DNA of 63,301 nt, filler included, from Reclinomonas americana ATCC 50394 (GCA_048213135.1; 44 parts of 44 records of this genome joined end to end with filler, not necessarily neighbours in it), one strand, 5' to 3'. Shown: positions 1-13,219, numbered from the whole stretch's first letter. Made by a program: numbers and translations. The notes: generated from the sequence alone by a model not told the origin.

Positions 1-75
1 ATAGTGGACTCGTGCACACACACACACACAAACAAACTCACTTCCCCCACCCCCTCTCCATTTCCCCCAACGTAC

Positions 76-1166
76 CAGCGTGAGCACGGCGGAGCATGGT
101 GCGGCGAGTCATCTGCTGGTTCCACTGGCTCTGGCTGTCAGTAATCACCTACGCGGGGAAAGAAATGCTTGAGCCACAAAAAGGATGGATGCAAGCCGCT
201 TTCTCAGCCTCCCAGCCAATCACGTACCGTGTAGAGCAGCACCTTGACGGCGTCCTTGACCAAGAAAGTCAGAGTCATGAAGCCGAGAATAATGGTGGCG
301 TTCTTGGGGCCAATGCCGCTGAGGCCGGAGCCGAGGAACCACCACGAGCAGAGAACCCAGTTCGCAAGCAGAGCCTGAATGATAAGAAGGTGAGCACCAA
401 CACATCCAGAAAAATAATCCACTTCCTCCCTCCCTCCCTCCTCTCTCCCTCTTGTCGACTCACCACACACGACACACTCAAAATGAGGTAGCCCGGTCGG
501 CGCGAGAAGAAGAACGACTGCGTCCGGGCAGCGTACACCGAGTACTGGCCGCCAATCGACAGCGAGCCGAACAGCGCCGCCTTCAAGTGGCCCGTGTTGG
601 TGGTGCAGTCGGCAATCGTCTGCGCGCTGAGCGCAATGCCGTTCTGCGACGTCGGCGTCTTCTGGTCAAAGTTCGTGCACATTGACGACGGAGGAACGCC
701 AGGAGTCGGCGTCGGCACCGGGAAGTAGTCGTAGCCGAACAGGAACGTGCGCTGCGAGCAGCTCCAGAACACCAGGTAGCTCTCAATCACACCAATGATG
801 CCGAGGGCGACGGCGGCCGGAAGCATCTTCGAGAACGCCCACAACTCCGGCTTGTCGCTGGTCTTGACCTTGTCGAAGGCGATGGTGATGACGGTGAAGT
901 CGTTGATAATGGTGATGATGACCAGAATAATGGCGGGGATGGCCAGTGGGTCCGAGCTGTCAATGTCGTGGAGGAAGATGACGGCGATGAAGACGAAGAA
1001 CAGAATCTGCACCGTGCGGTTGATCTGGTAGATGACGAAGTTCTTCATGCGCTGGAAGATCTTGCGCGAGCGGAGCATGGCCGTAATGACAGTCGACAGA
1101 CCCGGGGACAGCAGCACGATATCGGCGGCAGCACGCGCAGCATCAGTTGCACCTTGCACGGCAATA
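76..1166 (-). CDS. P3A-type plasma-membrane H+-ATPase, C-terminal part (exons 1166-464, 374-228, 148-76; partial)
   Basis: (G)IAVQGATDAARAAADIVLLSPGLSTVITAMLRSRKIFQRMKNFVIY, IINDFTVITIAFDKV..P..W and ARTQSFFFSRRPG are P3A ATPase signatures; GT-AG introns 463-375 and 227-149 keep the frame. Confidence 0.92.
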
Positions 1167-1262
1167 CTGTGTGTGGGGGAAAGGCGGAGGTGAGGAAGGG
1201 GGAGGATGGGGGAAAGGGAAAGGAGGGAAGGGTGAAGAGGGCAAGGGAAAGGAGGGGAACGG

Positions 1263-1266
<4 letters not shown>

Positions 1267-1330
<64 letters not shown>

Positions 1331-1352
1331 GACGACGACGACGACGACGACG
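1267..1352. repeat. (GA)n plus (GAC)n microsatellite at contig end
   Basis: Read directly. Confidence 0.95.
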
Positions 1353-1452
1353 NNNNNNNNNNNNNNNNNNNNNNNNNNNNNNNNNNNNNNNNNNNNTTAA
1401 TTAATTAANNNNNNNNNNNNNNNNNNNNNNNNNNNNNNNNNNNNNNNNNNNN
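1353..1452. other. Artificial contig-joining spacer (44 N + TTAATTAATTAA + 44 N); first of 43 identical spacers
   Basis: The same 100-nt unit recurs about every 1.44 kb; the 12-mer puts stops in all six frames; flanking contig lengths fall roughly steadily from ~1353 to ~1332 nt. Confidence 0.98.
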
Positions 1453-1760
1453 GAGGAGAAGGGAGAGGAGAAGGGAGAGGAGAAGGGAGAAGAGAAGGGA
1501 GAAGAGAAGGGAGAAGAGAAGTGGGAGAAGGGGGGAGGAGAAGGCGGAGAAGGCGGAGAAGGGGGGAAGGAGGAGAAGTGGGAGAGGAGAAGGGAGGGAG
1601 GAGAAGGGCGAGGAGAAGGAGGAGAAGGCAGAGAAGGGGGAGAGGAGAAGAGAGAAGGGAGAAGGGAGAAGAGAGAAGAGAATAGAGAGAAGACGCAAGA
1701 GAAATACTGAGGAAAGAGAGCGAAGAGAGAAGAGAAGAGAGAAGAGGCGATAAGAAGTGC
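1453..1760. repeat. Purine-rich degenerate minisatellite (GAGAAGGGAGA[A/G]-type units)
   Basis: Tandem ~12-nt units read directly; probably intronic. Confidence 0.8.
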
Positions 1761-2756
1761 GAGAGAGAAGCATGAGCTACGAAAGGCTGGGAGGATATTA
1801 GAGAGGGAGACGAAAAACAGGCAACAGGACGCCGAGAGAGGCACAGAAGGAGCAAAGAGCACACAAGACAACTTTCTTCATCCTTGCCAAAAACAGAGCT
1901 TTCAGGATGCCAGCAAGGAGGTAAGTGGGATGCCGAGAGATCAATATTAACAGAAAGAAAAATGGAAGAGAAAGCAGCAGAGCCGCGAAGGGTAAGAAAA
2001 GGAGAATGAAGGCCCATACAAGGCATCGCCCCCTCCGACGACGCACCGTTGGCTGCACTCCCAGACTGCCGAGCGACGACAGCGAGGACGGCGATAGTTG
2101 CTGGTCCTTGCGCTCACTGGGCGTGGAGTCGTCCGAGGCGAGAATGCCGGCGTGCATCTGGCGGAAGGCTTCGAGGTGGCCGGAGCCTTCCACGCCAACT
2201 GCATGGAAAGGAGAGGGAGGGAAAGAAGGAGAGAAGGAGAGAGACGGAGAGAGAGAGAGAGGAGGAGGAGGGAGGAGGGAGAGAGAGAAACACGTAAGCT
2301 CTCAACTCTCAAGCGCAAGAGAAGTACCCGTGAATGATGCACAGAGGCATGTCTGAGAGGAGACAAAGACGGCGAGTGCCAGAATGAAAGAAGGAGAGAA
2401 AGGGAACAGCTGGAAGAAGGCAACATGAACCGCTGTGAGCAAGATGAGACCGAGACAGTGGCAGAGAGAGAGAGAGAGAGAGAGAGAGACGTTGTTTTCT
2501 CATGTGCAAGAGTGGTCCCAATGACAGCTGCACAATAGATGCATTCCTGAGAGGAGACGACCACACAGAGACAGAGGGAGAGACAGAGAAAGAATGTGAG
2601 ACTTATATGCAGCACCTCCAACAGAGAGAGAAAGAGAGGGAAAGAGAGAGAGAGACTGAGTGAAAAGAGGGCCCACAATGCACGGAAAAATAAAAATTGA
2701 CTGGGATATCAACAATGAAAGGGAGAGAGAGAGAGAGAGAGAGAGTACAAGACGAA

Positions 2757-2803
<47 letters not shown>

Positions 2804-3434
2804 CTNNNNNNNNNNNNNNNNNNNNNNNNNNNNNNNNNNNNNNNNNNNNTTAATTAATTAANNNNNNNNNNNNNNNNNNNNNNNNNNNNNNNNNNNNNNN
2901 NNNNNGAGGAGAGAGAGAGAAGGAGGCTGCTTGTGTATATGGTTTGAATTCGCAACGAACATGAGCGTGATTCGCTTCAGGGGCGACAAGAACTGCGACA
3001 AGTGCTTTTCTGTTGTGTGGAAGTTGTGCGCGCACGCTTTGCTTCCGCTTGATAGACAACGACTGCGCTTATGGCGCCTCAACTAAACAATCGGATAATT
3101 GCCTTTAGCCGTGCGCGACGGCAGAATCGTGCGTGGAGTTCCTGCCACTGCTAGCGCTGTGCTTCCTTCTCGGATCGGGGACCGACGATGCTTCATTTTT
3201 TCAATTGGCCTTGCGCAGCTGAGCACAGCCCAGCCACCAGGCGTGTTCCGATGCAGATCGCAGCCCCAAGCGCGAATATGGCAAGGAAATGTGTGCTACC
3301 GTCGACACTGATGCGTTGGATATGCTTGTAACGTGTTAGTGTCGTGATTGTCGCGTCTGGCCGGATTTCCAGAGAAACGGGACCCGGCAAAGTTTGACTG
3401 CATCCAAAAACCCTCCCTCATCGCTCACACGCGA

Positions 3435-3993
3435 ATGAGCGATGAACTGGTGACGACCGTTCTGCGCATTCGACGACCGCCCAGTGGAATTGGAAAGTCG
3501 GTGATCTTTGATGACATTGGTGCGTGTTGGGGAGACAGAGTGGCATGATGGAGAGTGTGTCGCTCACTCTCTCTCTCTCTCCTTCTCTTTGTGTGTGTGT
3601 ATGTGTGTGTGTGTGTGTGCGTGTGTGTGTGATTCGCACAGAGTTCTGCTTGCCTGCGCGTTATGACCTGTCAGGCGCGGTTTGTCTTGGTCGCGGTGCA
3701 TATGGGATAGTGGTGTCGGCGTTGGACAAGGAGGTGTGTGAGAGATAGACATGGAGGGAGGGTGTGTGAGAGAGAGAACAGAGAGAAGGGGGAGATTGGC
3801 ACAAGAAGATTGATTGATTGTGACTCGGAAGATCACAAGAGTGCTGCTGCTATGGAAGAGTGGGTCTGAGTGCATGAAGAGAGTGCTTTTGCAGACTGTT
3901 GTTAATCATGTGCTTTGCCCGTGATCAGACTGGTTTCATGGTGGCTATTAAAAGGGTGCCCGAGCCGTTCAAGACCGAGGAGCATGCTAAGCG
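3435..3993 (+). CDS. MAP kinase (CMGC) N-lobe, first three exons (3'-partial)
   Basis: Spliced: MSDELV...FDDI|EFCLPARYDLSGAVCLGRGAYGIVVSALDKE|TGFMVAIKRVPEPFKTEEHAKR; GxGAYGxV loop, VAIK lysine and PF...HAKR are typical of MAPKs. Confidence 0.85.
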
Positions 3994-4171
3994 GTGGGTT
4001 AGAGGGAGGGAGGAAGGGAGGAAGGGAGGGAGGGTGAGAGAGGAAGGGAGGGAGGAAGGGAGGGAGGAAGGGAGGGAGGGAGGAAGGGAGTGAGAGAGAG
4101 GGAAGTGACGAAGACAGTGTGCATAATCGGACTGATCGATAATGAGAGTGAGAGAGAGAGAGAGAGAGACA

Positions 4172-4216
<45 letters not shown>

Positions 4217-4458
4217 GAAAGAAGAGACAGAGAGAGAGAGAGAGAGAGAGAGGAGNNNNNNNNNNNNNNNNNNNNNNNNNNNNNNNNNNNNNNNNNNNNT
4301 TAATTAATTAANNNNNNNNNNNNNNNNNNNNNNNNNNNNNNNNNNNNNNNNNNNNCACACACACACGCAAGAGCGCAGAATAAGGAGCGGTCTCCAAGAC
4401 CAAACACCTCCCCGCGCTGCTGCTGCTGCTGCTGCTGTAGTAGTAGTGGCCGACAAAC

Positions 4459-5703
4459 TTAGTTGCGGAACTTGCTGGCCAGCACCACACTGATGATAGT
4501 CATCAGCTTGATCAGAATGTTCAGTGCCGGGCCCGAAGTGTCCTTGAAGGGATCGCCGACAGTGTCGCCAGTGACGACAGCAGCGTGCTCGGGGGTGCCC
4601 TTCCTGATCGTGACCCACTCTGGTCGTCGGCGCGGGTTGTTGCCCGGCTTCTTGAAGATCTGCAGCAGGCCAGCCTCGGCGTACTTCTTGGCATTGTCCC
4701 ACGCGCCACCAGCGTTAGACATGGTGACGGCGAGCAGGAAGCCCGACGAGATGGCACCGGCCAGCAGGCCGGCCACCATCATCTTGTTGCCGACAAAGCC
4801 GACAATCGGGGGCGAGATAATGGCGAGCAGTCCAGGCAGAACATCTCGCGCAGAGCGGCCTTGGTGGCAATGTCGACGCACTTGTCCGGCTGGCACTTGA
4901 CGCCAGGGCGGCCCTCCTTCAGACCCTCAATCTCGCGGAACTGGCGGCGCACCTCGCGGATAATGGCCTGAGCAGACTTGTTCACGGCCGTCATGGTGAG
5001 CGAGGCGAAGACGAACGGCAGGCAGGCGCCGAGGAAGATGCCCGGCAGCACGTTGACGTCGAGCAGGTCGACCGTCTTGAGGTCGGCAGCGGCGGTGAAG
5101 GCACCGAGCAGGGCGAGAGCAGTCAGCACGGCAGAGCCAATGGCGAAACCCTTGCCGGTGGCGGCAGTGGTGTTGCCGAGCGCATCGAGGGCATCAGTGC
5201 GCTGGCGCACGTACGGCGGCATCTCAGCCATCTCAGCAATACCACCAGCGTTATCGGCGACAGGGCCATCTGCGTTTTGATGACAATGGTGGTGGTGGTG
5301 GTGGTAGTGAGCAGACCGTGGTTAACGGTGACGATGAAAAAACAGCACGTTCCGGACGCAACAGGCATCGGTGGCGAGGGTCACACCCAGGGTGGAGAGC
5401 ATGCCCACGGCGGCAATGGCAATGCCGTAGTTGCCGTCGGCGTAGAAAGTCTGGCCAGCAGCGCCCGTTGGCGGGGTGACGCCAGCAGTGACGCTGAAGG
5501 TGGCGAGAATGGCGGCGCACACAATGAGGACAGGCGGCACAGAGCTGATCATGCCGACAGCCAGGCCCTGCAAGAAAATTGTGAGTGGGCACAGCCGGGT
5601 GAAGAATGGAGAGATAAAAGAGACGCAACGGAAATGACGACAGTGGCGGGACCGGTCTCCGACGCCTCCGAAATGATCTGAGTCGGGCTACGCGCATTCA
5701 CGG
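4459..5703 (-). CDS. Membrane cation-translocating pyrophosphatase (H+-PPase family, K+-stimulated GNTTAA type), C-terminal half, with an apparent 1-nt frameshift near 4840
   Basis: [78 protein letters not shown] at 4459; introns 5629-5568 and 5362-5270. Confidence 0.95.
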
Positions 5704-5803
5704 NNNNNNNNNNNNNNNNNNNNNNNNNNNNNNNNNNNNNNNNNNNNTTAATTAATTAANNNNNNNNNNNNNNNNNNNNNNNNNNNNNNNNNNNNNNNNN
5801 NNN

Positions 5804-5948
<145 letters not shown>

Positions 5949-6004
5949 CCTCCCTCCCTCCCTCACTCGCCCTCTGGCTCACTAACTCTCTCACGCCACC
6001 ACAG

Positions 6005-6983
6005 GTACTACGACTCGGCACCCGAGGCCAGGTAACTCTCTTCTTCTCCCCGCCCTCTCTTTTACTCCCCTTCCCATGTCTCACCATCCTCTCGCAGCGG
6101 TGCCGACAAGTGCGGTCTTCTCGGCCTCGGCTGCTCGCTCGAGCGCAACCGCGAGTCGTGGCTGCAGCAGGCGGCAAGCAGCGAGTTGCCGGAGAGTGAG
6201 CGCGAATTGGCCAAGCAGCGCGTGGCCAGGTGCGTTGAGCAAGGGTGCTGGCCGGCGTCGGTGATGGACGCGGTGCAGTGAGAGGGCAGGGTAATGAAGA
6301 TTTGAGTCAATGTTCAGCTGATGCAGTGAGAAAGATCATGCATTCAAGGGCTGAGGGTTGAGGGAAGGTGGCGCGGCTGCGTGGTATCAATACGGTCAGC
6401 ATGCAGCAGGTAACTGCATGCATGCACGTCATAATCACCAACAATCACTGCGTGCTTGACGATCAAGTCCAGCCGTTACCAAAGCATAGTATCGGATGCA
6501 TGGGAGGAGATAGTCCCCTGTCAGGTCAACAATCGCACAGAGCCCGGAAAGGGGGGATGCAAGGGTCACAGACAAGCGACCAACTTCAGTGCATTTCAGC
6601 TTCACGACGAGCGTCCACGGCCGCCTGACTAGCAACAGATGTGAGGGGCGAAGTTAGGCGAGAGTTGGGAAGATCGTCGACGGAAGTACACAAGATACGA
6701 TCCAAGATACAGGACTCAGCGGACACAATCACTCTCTTCCAACGTGAGAAGAAAGATGGCGGACTTCTCTCTGGGCAACCTGCTGCAAGTGCGTTTCCTC
6801 CCCTTCTCCTTCTCTCTCCTCCACTCACTCACTCACTCACTCACTGACTGTGAGCAGATCAACTCGAGTGGACTCGAAAACTCTCTTCGTCGTCTGCATG
6901 GCGACTCTCAGACGCAGAAGGAGCGCAGTGAGCGCGTGGAGGCAGAGTTCAGTGCGCTGAAGGAGGATTGTGAGCGACACAAG
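6005..6983 (+). CDS. Multi-exon fragment of an uncharacterised coiled-coil protein
   Basis: GT-AG-bounded exons reading ERNRESWLQQAASSELPESERELAKQRVA and INSSGLENSLRRLHGDSQTQKERSERVEAEFSALKEDCERHK. Confidence 0.4.
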
Positions 6984-7571
6984 GTAAGAGAGAGGGAAGG
7001 AGAGAAGGGAGAGAGAAGGGAGAGAGGGAGTGAGTGAGTGTGTGAGTGTGTGTTTGTGAGTGAGAGAGTGAGTGAGTGAGTGAGTGAGTGTGTGTGTGAG
7101 TGAGTGAGTGAGTGAGTGAGTGAGTGAAGGAGTGAGTGTGTGAGTGAGAGAGNNNNNNNNNNNNNNNNNNNNNNNNNNNNNNNNNNNNNNNNNNNNTTAA
7201 TTAATTAANNNNNNNNNNNNNNNNNNNNNNNNNNNNNNNNNNNNNNNNNNNNGCACACACCTCTCCCTTTTATCTCTCTCTCTCTGGTGTTCATTCTTTG
7301 GATCCGCGTAACCACTGGGCACGGCCTGTCAAATACCTACATGACTGAGATCGTAATCGTTATGGCCGCGGAGAATGACTTGTATCGACTCTCTTCATCG
7401 CGCTTTTTGGCACTTGCAATTGCCTCCGTGCGGGGTCAAAGAGAAGGGACTCGCACATTTTTTGATCCCTGTTCCTTGTACTTTTTCCATTTCTTTTTCT
7501 TTCTTTTCTTGATTGGTTGCGCGCATTTTTTTTTTGGTGCTGACTTGTGTCATTGTTGGGGGAAACTCTAG

Positions 7572-8564
7572 GTGCCTCGGCCACTCCTCGCATTTCGGCG
7601 CACTCGGCAAACCTGCATCGCGAGGGTCGCGTCGAGGACCGCCTGTATGGTTTGGCACTGGCGGCGAACTCGAAGCGCGAGGCGCTGGTTTTCAAGCACG
7701 AGCACAACACGATTATGGAGCGCGATCCGGTCACTGGTCAGCAGCTGTTCTCGCCGCTGATCAACCCGCGTTCGGCGGCGCTGGTGCGCGACAAGCCGGT
7801 GGAAGAGGTGTGTGTGTGTTTGTGGAGGAGGTGTGTATGCGCCCAGTGATTGATTTCCTCACTCTTCATTGGTGCTGCGTAGGTGTTGCTGGAAAAGGGC
7901 GAAGAGTTGCACACGAAGCGGCAACAGGCGCTGGAGAAGACGGAGAAGCAGCTGCAGGAGCAGGTGATGGCACCTAAAGCCGGACCCATGAGCCGCCTGC
8001 TGGCCGAGCGGATTGAGGACCGCGACCGGTTGCACAAGCCGATTCGCAACTTGAAGGAGCGCTCCGTGCGCAACATTGAGGACACGGAGTCGCAGACGTA
8101 CACATTCAAGTTGCGCCGCAAACCATCTACTCCCCCCTTTTTATCTTTTTCCTTGTGTCTTACCTCCCTTTTTTTTTCGCTGCAGGCCGAGCTTGAACCC
8201 GACGTCTGTGCAAATCGACAAGCAGGTGGTGGGCGTGCACAACGACCCCGATGCCCGCATGAGTCGGCTAGTGCGCAAGGAGCAAGAGAAGAACCAGTGG
8301 CGCACCCTGCAGCAGCAGGAGCGGTTACGGCTCGAGCTGGAGGAGTGCACCTTCACTCCGAACCGTGGTGGCGCCTCGGGCGACGCCTCGTTCCAGGGCG
8401 CACCGCAATCGCCGGCTTCGCAAAGCAGCGCCAGCCGCTCCTCGTCGACTCCGCGGCGGCGATTCTCGGCCGAGTTTGTGGAGCGCAACTTGGAGTGGGC
8501 GCGCCGCGTCAACAGCCGTGTCGAGTTGGAGCGCCTCGAGCAGGCCAGGAAAGCGCAAGAAGAG
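7572..8564 (+). CDS. Coiled-coil protein with repeated (T)FxPx(I/L)N motifs, of the kind seen in flagellate cytoskeletal proteins (partial)
   Basis: RVEDRLY..LFSPLINPRS..TFK|PSLNPTS..LEECTFTPN; splicing 8110-8185 restores TFKPSLN. Confidence 0.6.
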
Positions 8565-8858
8565 GTCTGTGTTTCTCCTTGTGTTTCTCCGTATTATCGC
8601 TTTNNNNNNNNNNNNNNNNNNNNNNNNNNNNNNNNNNNNNNNNNNNNTTAATTAATTAANNNNNNNNNNNNNNNNNNNNNNNNNNNNNNNNNNNNNNNNN
8701 NNNGGTCCATGCTGGCCTCGGGAGGCGGGCGTGAGCGATCGGCCTCGCCCATGTCGCCGTCGGCACGGGCGCTGGTCAATGAGGGAACGTTGCGTGCGCG
8801 ATAGAGGATGGTGGACGTTGTGCGCGCGCGCGCGCGTTGAGCTCATGTTGTGTCGCAG

Positions 8859-9228
8859 GCAAACGCCGAGTCCCGAGCGCTCCTCGTCTCCGCGATCGCC
8901 GCGGCATCGGCATCGCAGTCCTACGCATCATCATCATCATCACCACCATCATCGGCATCACCACCACCATCATGAGCAGCATCGTGACAGTGAGTCACCG
9001 AGGCGGCGATCGGGAGGGCGACGGGAGGAAGGCGCGGGGCCGGCGAGTCCGCGTTCGTCGTCGCCCGCTGTGTTGGTGATGGGCGAGCGTGTGTCCGCGT
9101 CGTCGCCGTCGCGTGGTTCGATTCGCAGAGAAGATCTGCGAGCGTCGGCCGATGACGCGATGCGAGTGGCGCATGCGCGCTCTCGACCAGCGGCAGCTGC
9201 CGGTAGCGCGTCGGTGAGCGTCCCGTAG
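8859..9228 (+). CDS. Ser/Arg/poly-His low-complexity exon, unknown protein
   Basis: Follows a cgcag acceptor; [35 protein letters not shown]. Confidence 0.35.
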
Positions 9229-9789
9229 CGATCCGCTGCGCATGTACGACGCTCACTCACTCGCTCCCCTCATTCGCGCAGGTCGACATGACTTCGTTGT
9301 TACATCGAGCGAGTCAGGTGAAAAAGGCAGGCGACACGGGGCAGCGGAGCAGGTATGCGTGACTGCTGCGGCCTATTAATAGAGAGTGAGTAGTCGGTAC
9401 TCATTGCGCGTGATCATGTAGTATGGCGGCACCTTGACGATCGCCATCGCGGGGAACGGAAGAGAAGAAATAATTATTTGTCGATCGAGAGAGAGTGCGC
9501 TCGGCAGTTTTGTTGAAACAGTGAAGACTTTTGTGTGTGTGTGTGTGTGTAAAGCCAGCCAGTCAGTCTGTCACATACGTGCACATCACCGGTGATGAAT
9601 CCTCGAATTGCAGTTTGCGACCGACGACCCGCCGACGAGTTGACGTCGAGGCACTGTCGAGTTCGACAAGTGCCTGGCCTATATATGTCCGGTTTTGACC
9701 AGATGAGTTTTGGTATATTTTTTTCTGCAACCCGCTGAGCCAACACCATCTCGTTTTCATCATCATCAACATCATCTGCAACTTACATC

Positions 9790-10052
9790 ATGAGCTCTGC
9801 TTCTGCATCTGAGACCAACATCATCACCACCACTGCCGTGAAGAAGACCTGGCAGGACTACCGCAGTGAGGCGATTGCCGCGCGCGCTGCGATGACACCG
9901 GAGCAGCTGGCCGAGCGGGAGGCCGCCAAGGAAGCTCGTCGAGCTGCCAAGGAGGCCCGCCGCTCTGTCCGCGGCATCCGTCAGCCACTCACTGCCGAGC
10001 AGCTGGCTGATCGTCGTGCAGCCCAGGAGGCTCGTCGCGCCGCCCGCGCGAA
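9790..10052 (+). CDS. 5' end of a small charged helical protein with an internal duplication
   Basis: ATG at 9790, TATATA-like element near 9680; TPEQLAEREAAKEARRAA repeated as TAEQLADRRAAQEARRAA. Confidence 0.5.
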
Positions 10053-10152
10053 NNNNNNNNNNNNNNNNNNNNNNNNNNNNNNNNNNNNNNNNNNNNTTAA
10101 TTAATTAANNNNNNNNNNNNNNNNNNNNNNNNNNNNNNNNNNNNNNNNNNNN

Positions 10153-11499
10153 CCGGCGTCACGAGACCCGAGCCCGACACCACAATGCTGGCCGGGGTCG
10201 ACAAGGACACCACCGCCACGCGTGCCGACAGCGTGGTAAACTTGACCACAGTCACCGATTGCACAGTCGAGTACGTCTGCGCACCAGGCAGCTGCAGGCA
10301 CGCCTTGTACACGCCCGCCGTCATGGCCGACGTATCAAACGACACCTTCAACTTGAGCGACGCCACCGACATGGACGCTGGTTGCACAGCTGCGGCGAGA
10401 TCCGCTGCGGCCGTGCACGAGGCAGCCAGCACAAACGACGAGGCCGAGGTGGCCGACAGAGAGTCCAAACCCGAGCCAGCCACCGTCAGCGACACCAGCA
10501 CGCCAGCACTCTGCACTGGAATCACCGCCGGCGACACACTGGCCGCAGCCACAATGCCCACACGACCAACGTGCACGTAAGGCGCACCGACAGCGAAGCG
10601 CACGCAGAGCACCACACTGGAGCTGCCAGGCGAGGACGACGCGTCAATGGTGAGCGCGTACGTGTTGGTGGCGGCAGTGAAAGAGCTGACGACCGACGTT
10701 CCGGCAGTGACCACCGAGCCAGCCGCGCAGGTACCCGAGTGTGACAGCACAAACGCCGAAGCATCTGCCGCCACATCCACCAGGTACTGACCCTGCACGA
10801 CAAGCGACTGGCCGCTCGAGGCAAACAGAGTGGTGGTCGACGTCACGGACATGGTGACCAGGCGCAGCGACGGTCCGACAGCCGTGTACGCCGACGAACT
10901 CGACAGACGCATGCACAGGCGGTAGATGCCAGGAGCCGTATCCGAGGTCGTGGTGACACCCAGGGTCAGCAGAGAGCTGCTGGTGGCCAGCGGCGTCATC
11001 GTGGCCGTGCTGAGCAGCGTCGACACGTCGGCACAGTTGATGGCCAGGACGTACGGCGACGTGTCCGTCTTCTCCAGAGCGACCAAACCACCGACACTGA
11101 CCAACACGGTGTGCGGTCCAGAGCCAATAGGCACGGCGCTCGGGGTGAACGCACTGCTTGCGGCATTCACCACATTCAGGACCGCACCCGAGTGCGTGTA
11201 CGCGACCGTCGACGATCCTCGCCAGCACACGTGGTACACGCCACCGGTAGCGATCGCTGACGAGTTGACGTTCAGCGTCATGGTCGACGACGACGCCTGC
11301 ACCACCGTAATGGTGCCGGCACTGGCGCCGCTGCAGTCTGCCACCGAGCGCAGCACCACAAACTGCGCGTCGGTTGCTGTGCGGTCCACCAGACCGTCGC
11401 CCTGCAGCACAACGCTGTTGTTCGCCGACGCCCAAATCACCGACGGCGACACACTCGAAACACTGCTAAACGACAGCTGACCAATGGCGACAAAGTCCG
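10153..11499 (-). CDS. Large extracellular protein made of ~100-aa two-Cys beta-sandwich (IPT/TIG-like) repeats (internal fragment)
   Basis: Open across the contig; four units of V.G.GL...F(V)L...C...G.Y..C(x)R. Confidence 0.75.
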
Positions 11500-11629
11500 N
11501 NNNNNNNNNNNNNNNNNNNNNNNNNNNNNNNNNNNNNNNNNNNTTAATTAATTAANNNNNNNNNNNNNNNNNNNNNNNNNNNNNNNNNNNNNNNNNNNNA
11601 GAGAGAGAGAGAGAGAGAGAGAGAGGCGA

Positions 11630-11844
11630 AGAGAGAAAAAAGCAATTGAAAGTACAGGAGAGCTGGAGGGCTTTTGCGATTTGTGCTTCAGGGCCGGAGT
11701 GTGTGTGAATTTAGAGAGAGAGAGAGAACATGTGAGTGAGAAGGATGAGAGAGGAAGTTTTTGAAGACGAAGAAGCAAGTGGAAAGTGCTGGAAAGTTGG
11801 AAGGCTATTGCGATTTGTGCTTCAGAGCAGCTGACGTGCACGGA

Positions 11845-11884
<40 letters not shown>

Positions 11885-11995
11885 TAGAGCATGTGAGGAT
11901 AAGGAAGAGAGAGGAATTGTAGAAGACGAAGAAGCAAGTAGAAAGTGCTGGAGAGCTGGAAGGCCATTGTGATTTTTGCTGCAGAACCAAGACTT
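11630..11995. repeat. Three imperfect direct repeats (core ...AAGCAAxTxGAAAGTxCxGGAxAGxTGGAxGGCxxTTGxGATTTxTGCT) separated by microsatellites, upstream of the first visible CDC14 exon
   Basis: Copies near 11636-11692, 11747-11830 and 11908-11990. Confidence 0.75.
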
Positions 11996-12140
11996 GCATG
12001 GAGAAATAAAGAAAGACAGAGAGAGGGAGAGAGAGAGAGAGAGATGTAAAGAATGCGCACTTTGCAGTTGACAGGCACACTGTGTTGTCGAGGATGGAAA
12101 CAATGACCCCTGCACGCTTGCTCAACCACGCATCGCACAG

Positions 12141-12948
12141 AGGACTACGTGAAGGTATTCCGGCGACTCGGGGTGACGACCATTGTGCGGCTGAACAAGA
12201 AGGTGTACGAGAGAAGGAAATTCCTCGATGCCGGCTTTGCGCATCACGACCTGTTCTTCCCCGACGGCTCGACCCCATCGGATAATATCGTGAGACGGTT
12301 CCTGGAGATTGCCGAGCAGTCCAACGGGGCGATTGCTGTGCACTGCAAGGCCGGTCTCGGTCGCACCGGCTCGCTGATTGCCTGCTACCTGATGAAGCAC
12401 TACCGGTTCAGTGCACCGGAGGTGTGTCCATGTTTGCGTCTCTCTTTCTCTCTCAATGCCTCCTTTATTGACACGGCATGCTGTGCGCCATTCGCAGGTG
12501 ATTGGCTACCTGCGACTATGTCGACCGGGCAGTGTGATTGGACCGCAGCAGAACTTCTTGAAGCAGTTGCGCGGCAGCGGATTTCGTGAAAGACAACTGA
12601 TTGAAACTCACTTTCGTTGTGCACTGCAGAATGCAACCGCGGCTATGGAAGCAGGGCGAGCGGACCGTGTCGACGGTGGCGAGTGGCGCCGCAGCTGGTT
12701 CGGGAAGCGGAAATGCGTACGTGGGCGACGCCAGCCTGTTGCCCTCCATGGTGCCGTCCACAGGGGCTGGGGCGGCGGCGGCCGGCGGCAGTGGGTTCTC
12801 GGCGGCCTTGCTGGCGTCGGCCAATGGCGATTCGGTCGGCATGTCCTCGATCGCCGACCCGAAGGGCACCATGACGCTGAGCATGTCGCCCATCAAGCGA
12901 CGTCTCATGCCCCCGTCAAGAGTAGGTGGTGGCAGTGCCGGTCCGTCT
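12141..12948 (+). CDS. CDC14: Cdc14 dual-specificity phosphatase, catalytic domain and tail (partial)
   Basis: [68 protein letters not shown]. Confidence 0.95.
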
Positions 12949-13170
12949 NNNNNNNNNNNNNNNNNNNNNNNNNNNNNNNNNNNNNNNNNNNNTTAATTAA
13001 TTAANNNNNNNNNNNNNNNNNNNNNNNNNNNNNNNNNNNNNNNNNNNNGAGAGAGAGAGAGGAGAGAGAGGGAGGGGGGGAAGAGAAAGAGAGAAGAGGA
13101 GAAGGAATGCATGTGAACAGAATGCGCCACACAAGCGTCTCTTCACACACATCTGCCTCCCGGTGCACGC

Positions 13171-13219
<49 letters not shown>

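Noticed and set aside
1397..1408. Regularly spaced TTAATTAATTAA as a biological repeat or CRISPR-like array
   Set aside because: Always embedded in 44+44 N; a six-frame-stop linker added when contigs were concatenated.
968..2857. ORFs of poly-ER, poly-LS or poly-CV and those ending in X..LIN
   Set aside because: Translations of (GA)n/(CT)n/(GT)n microsatellites and the spacer.
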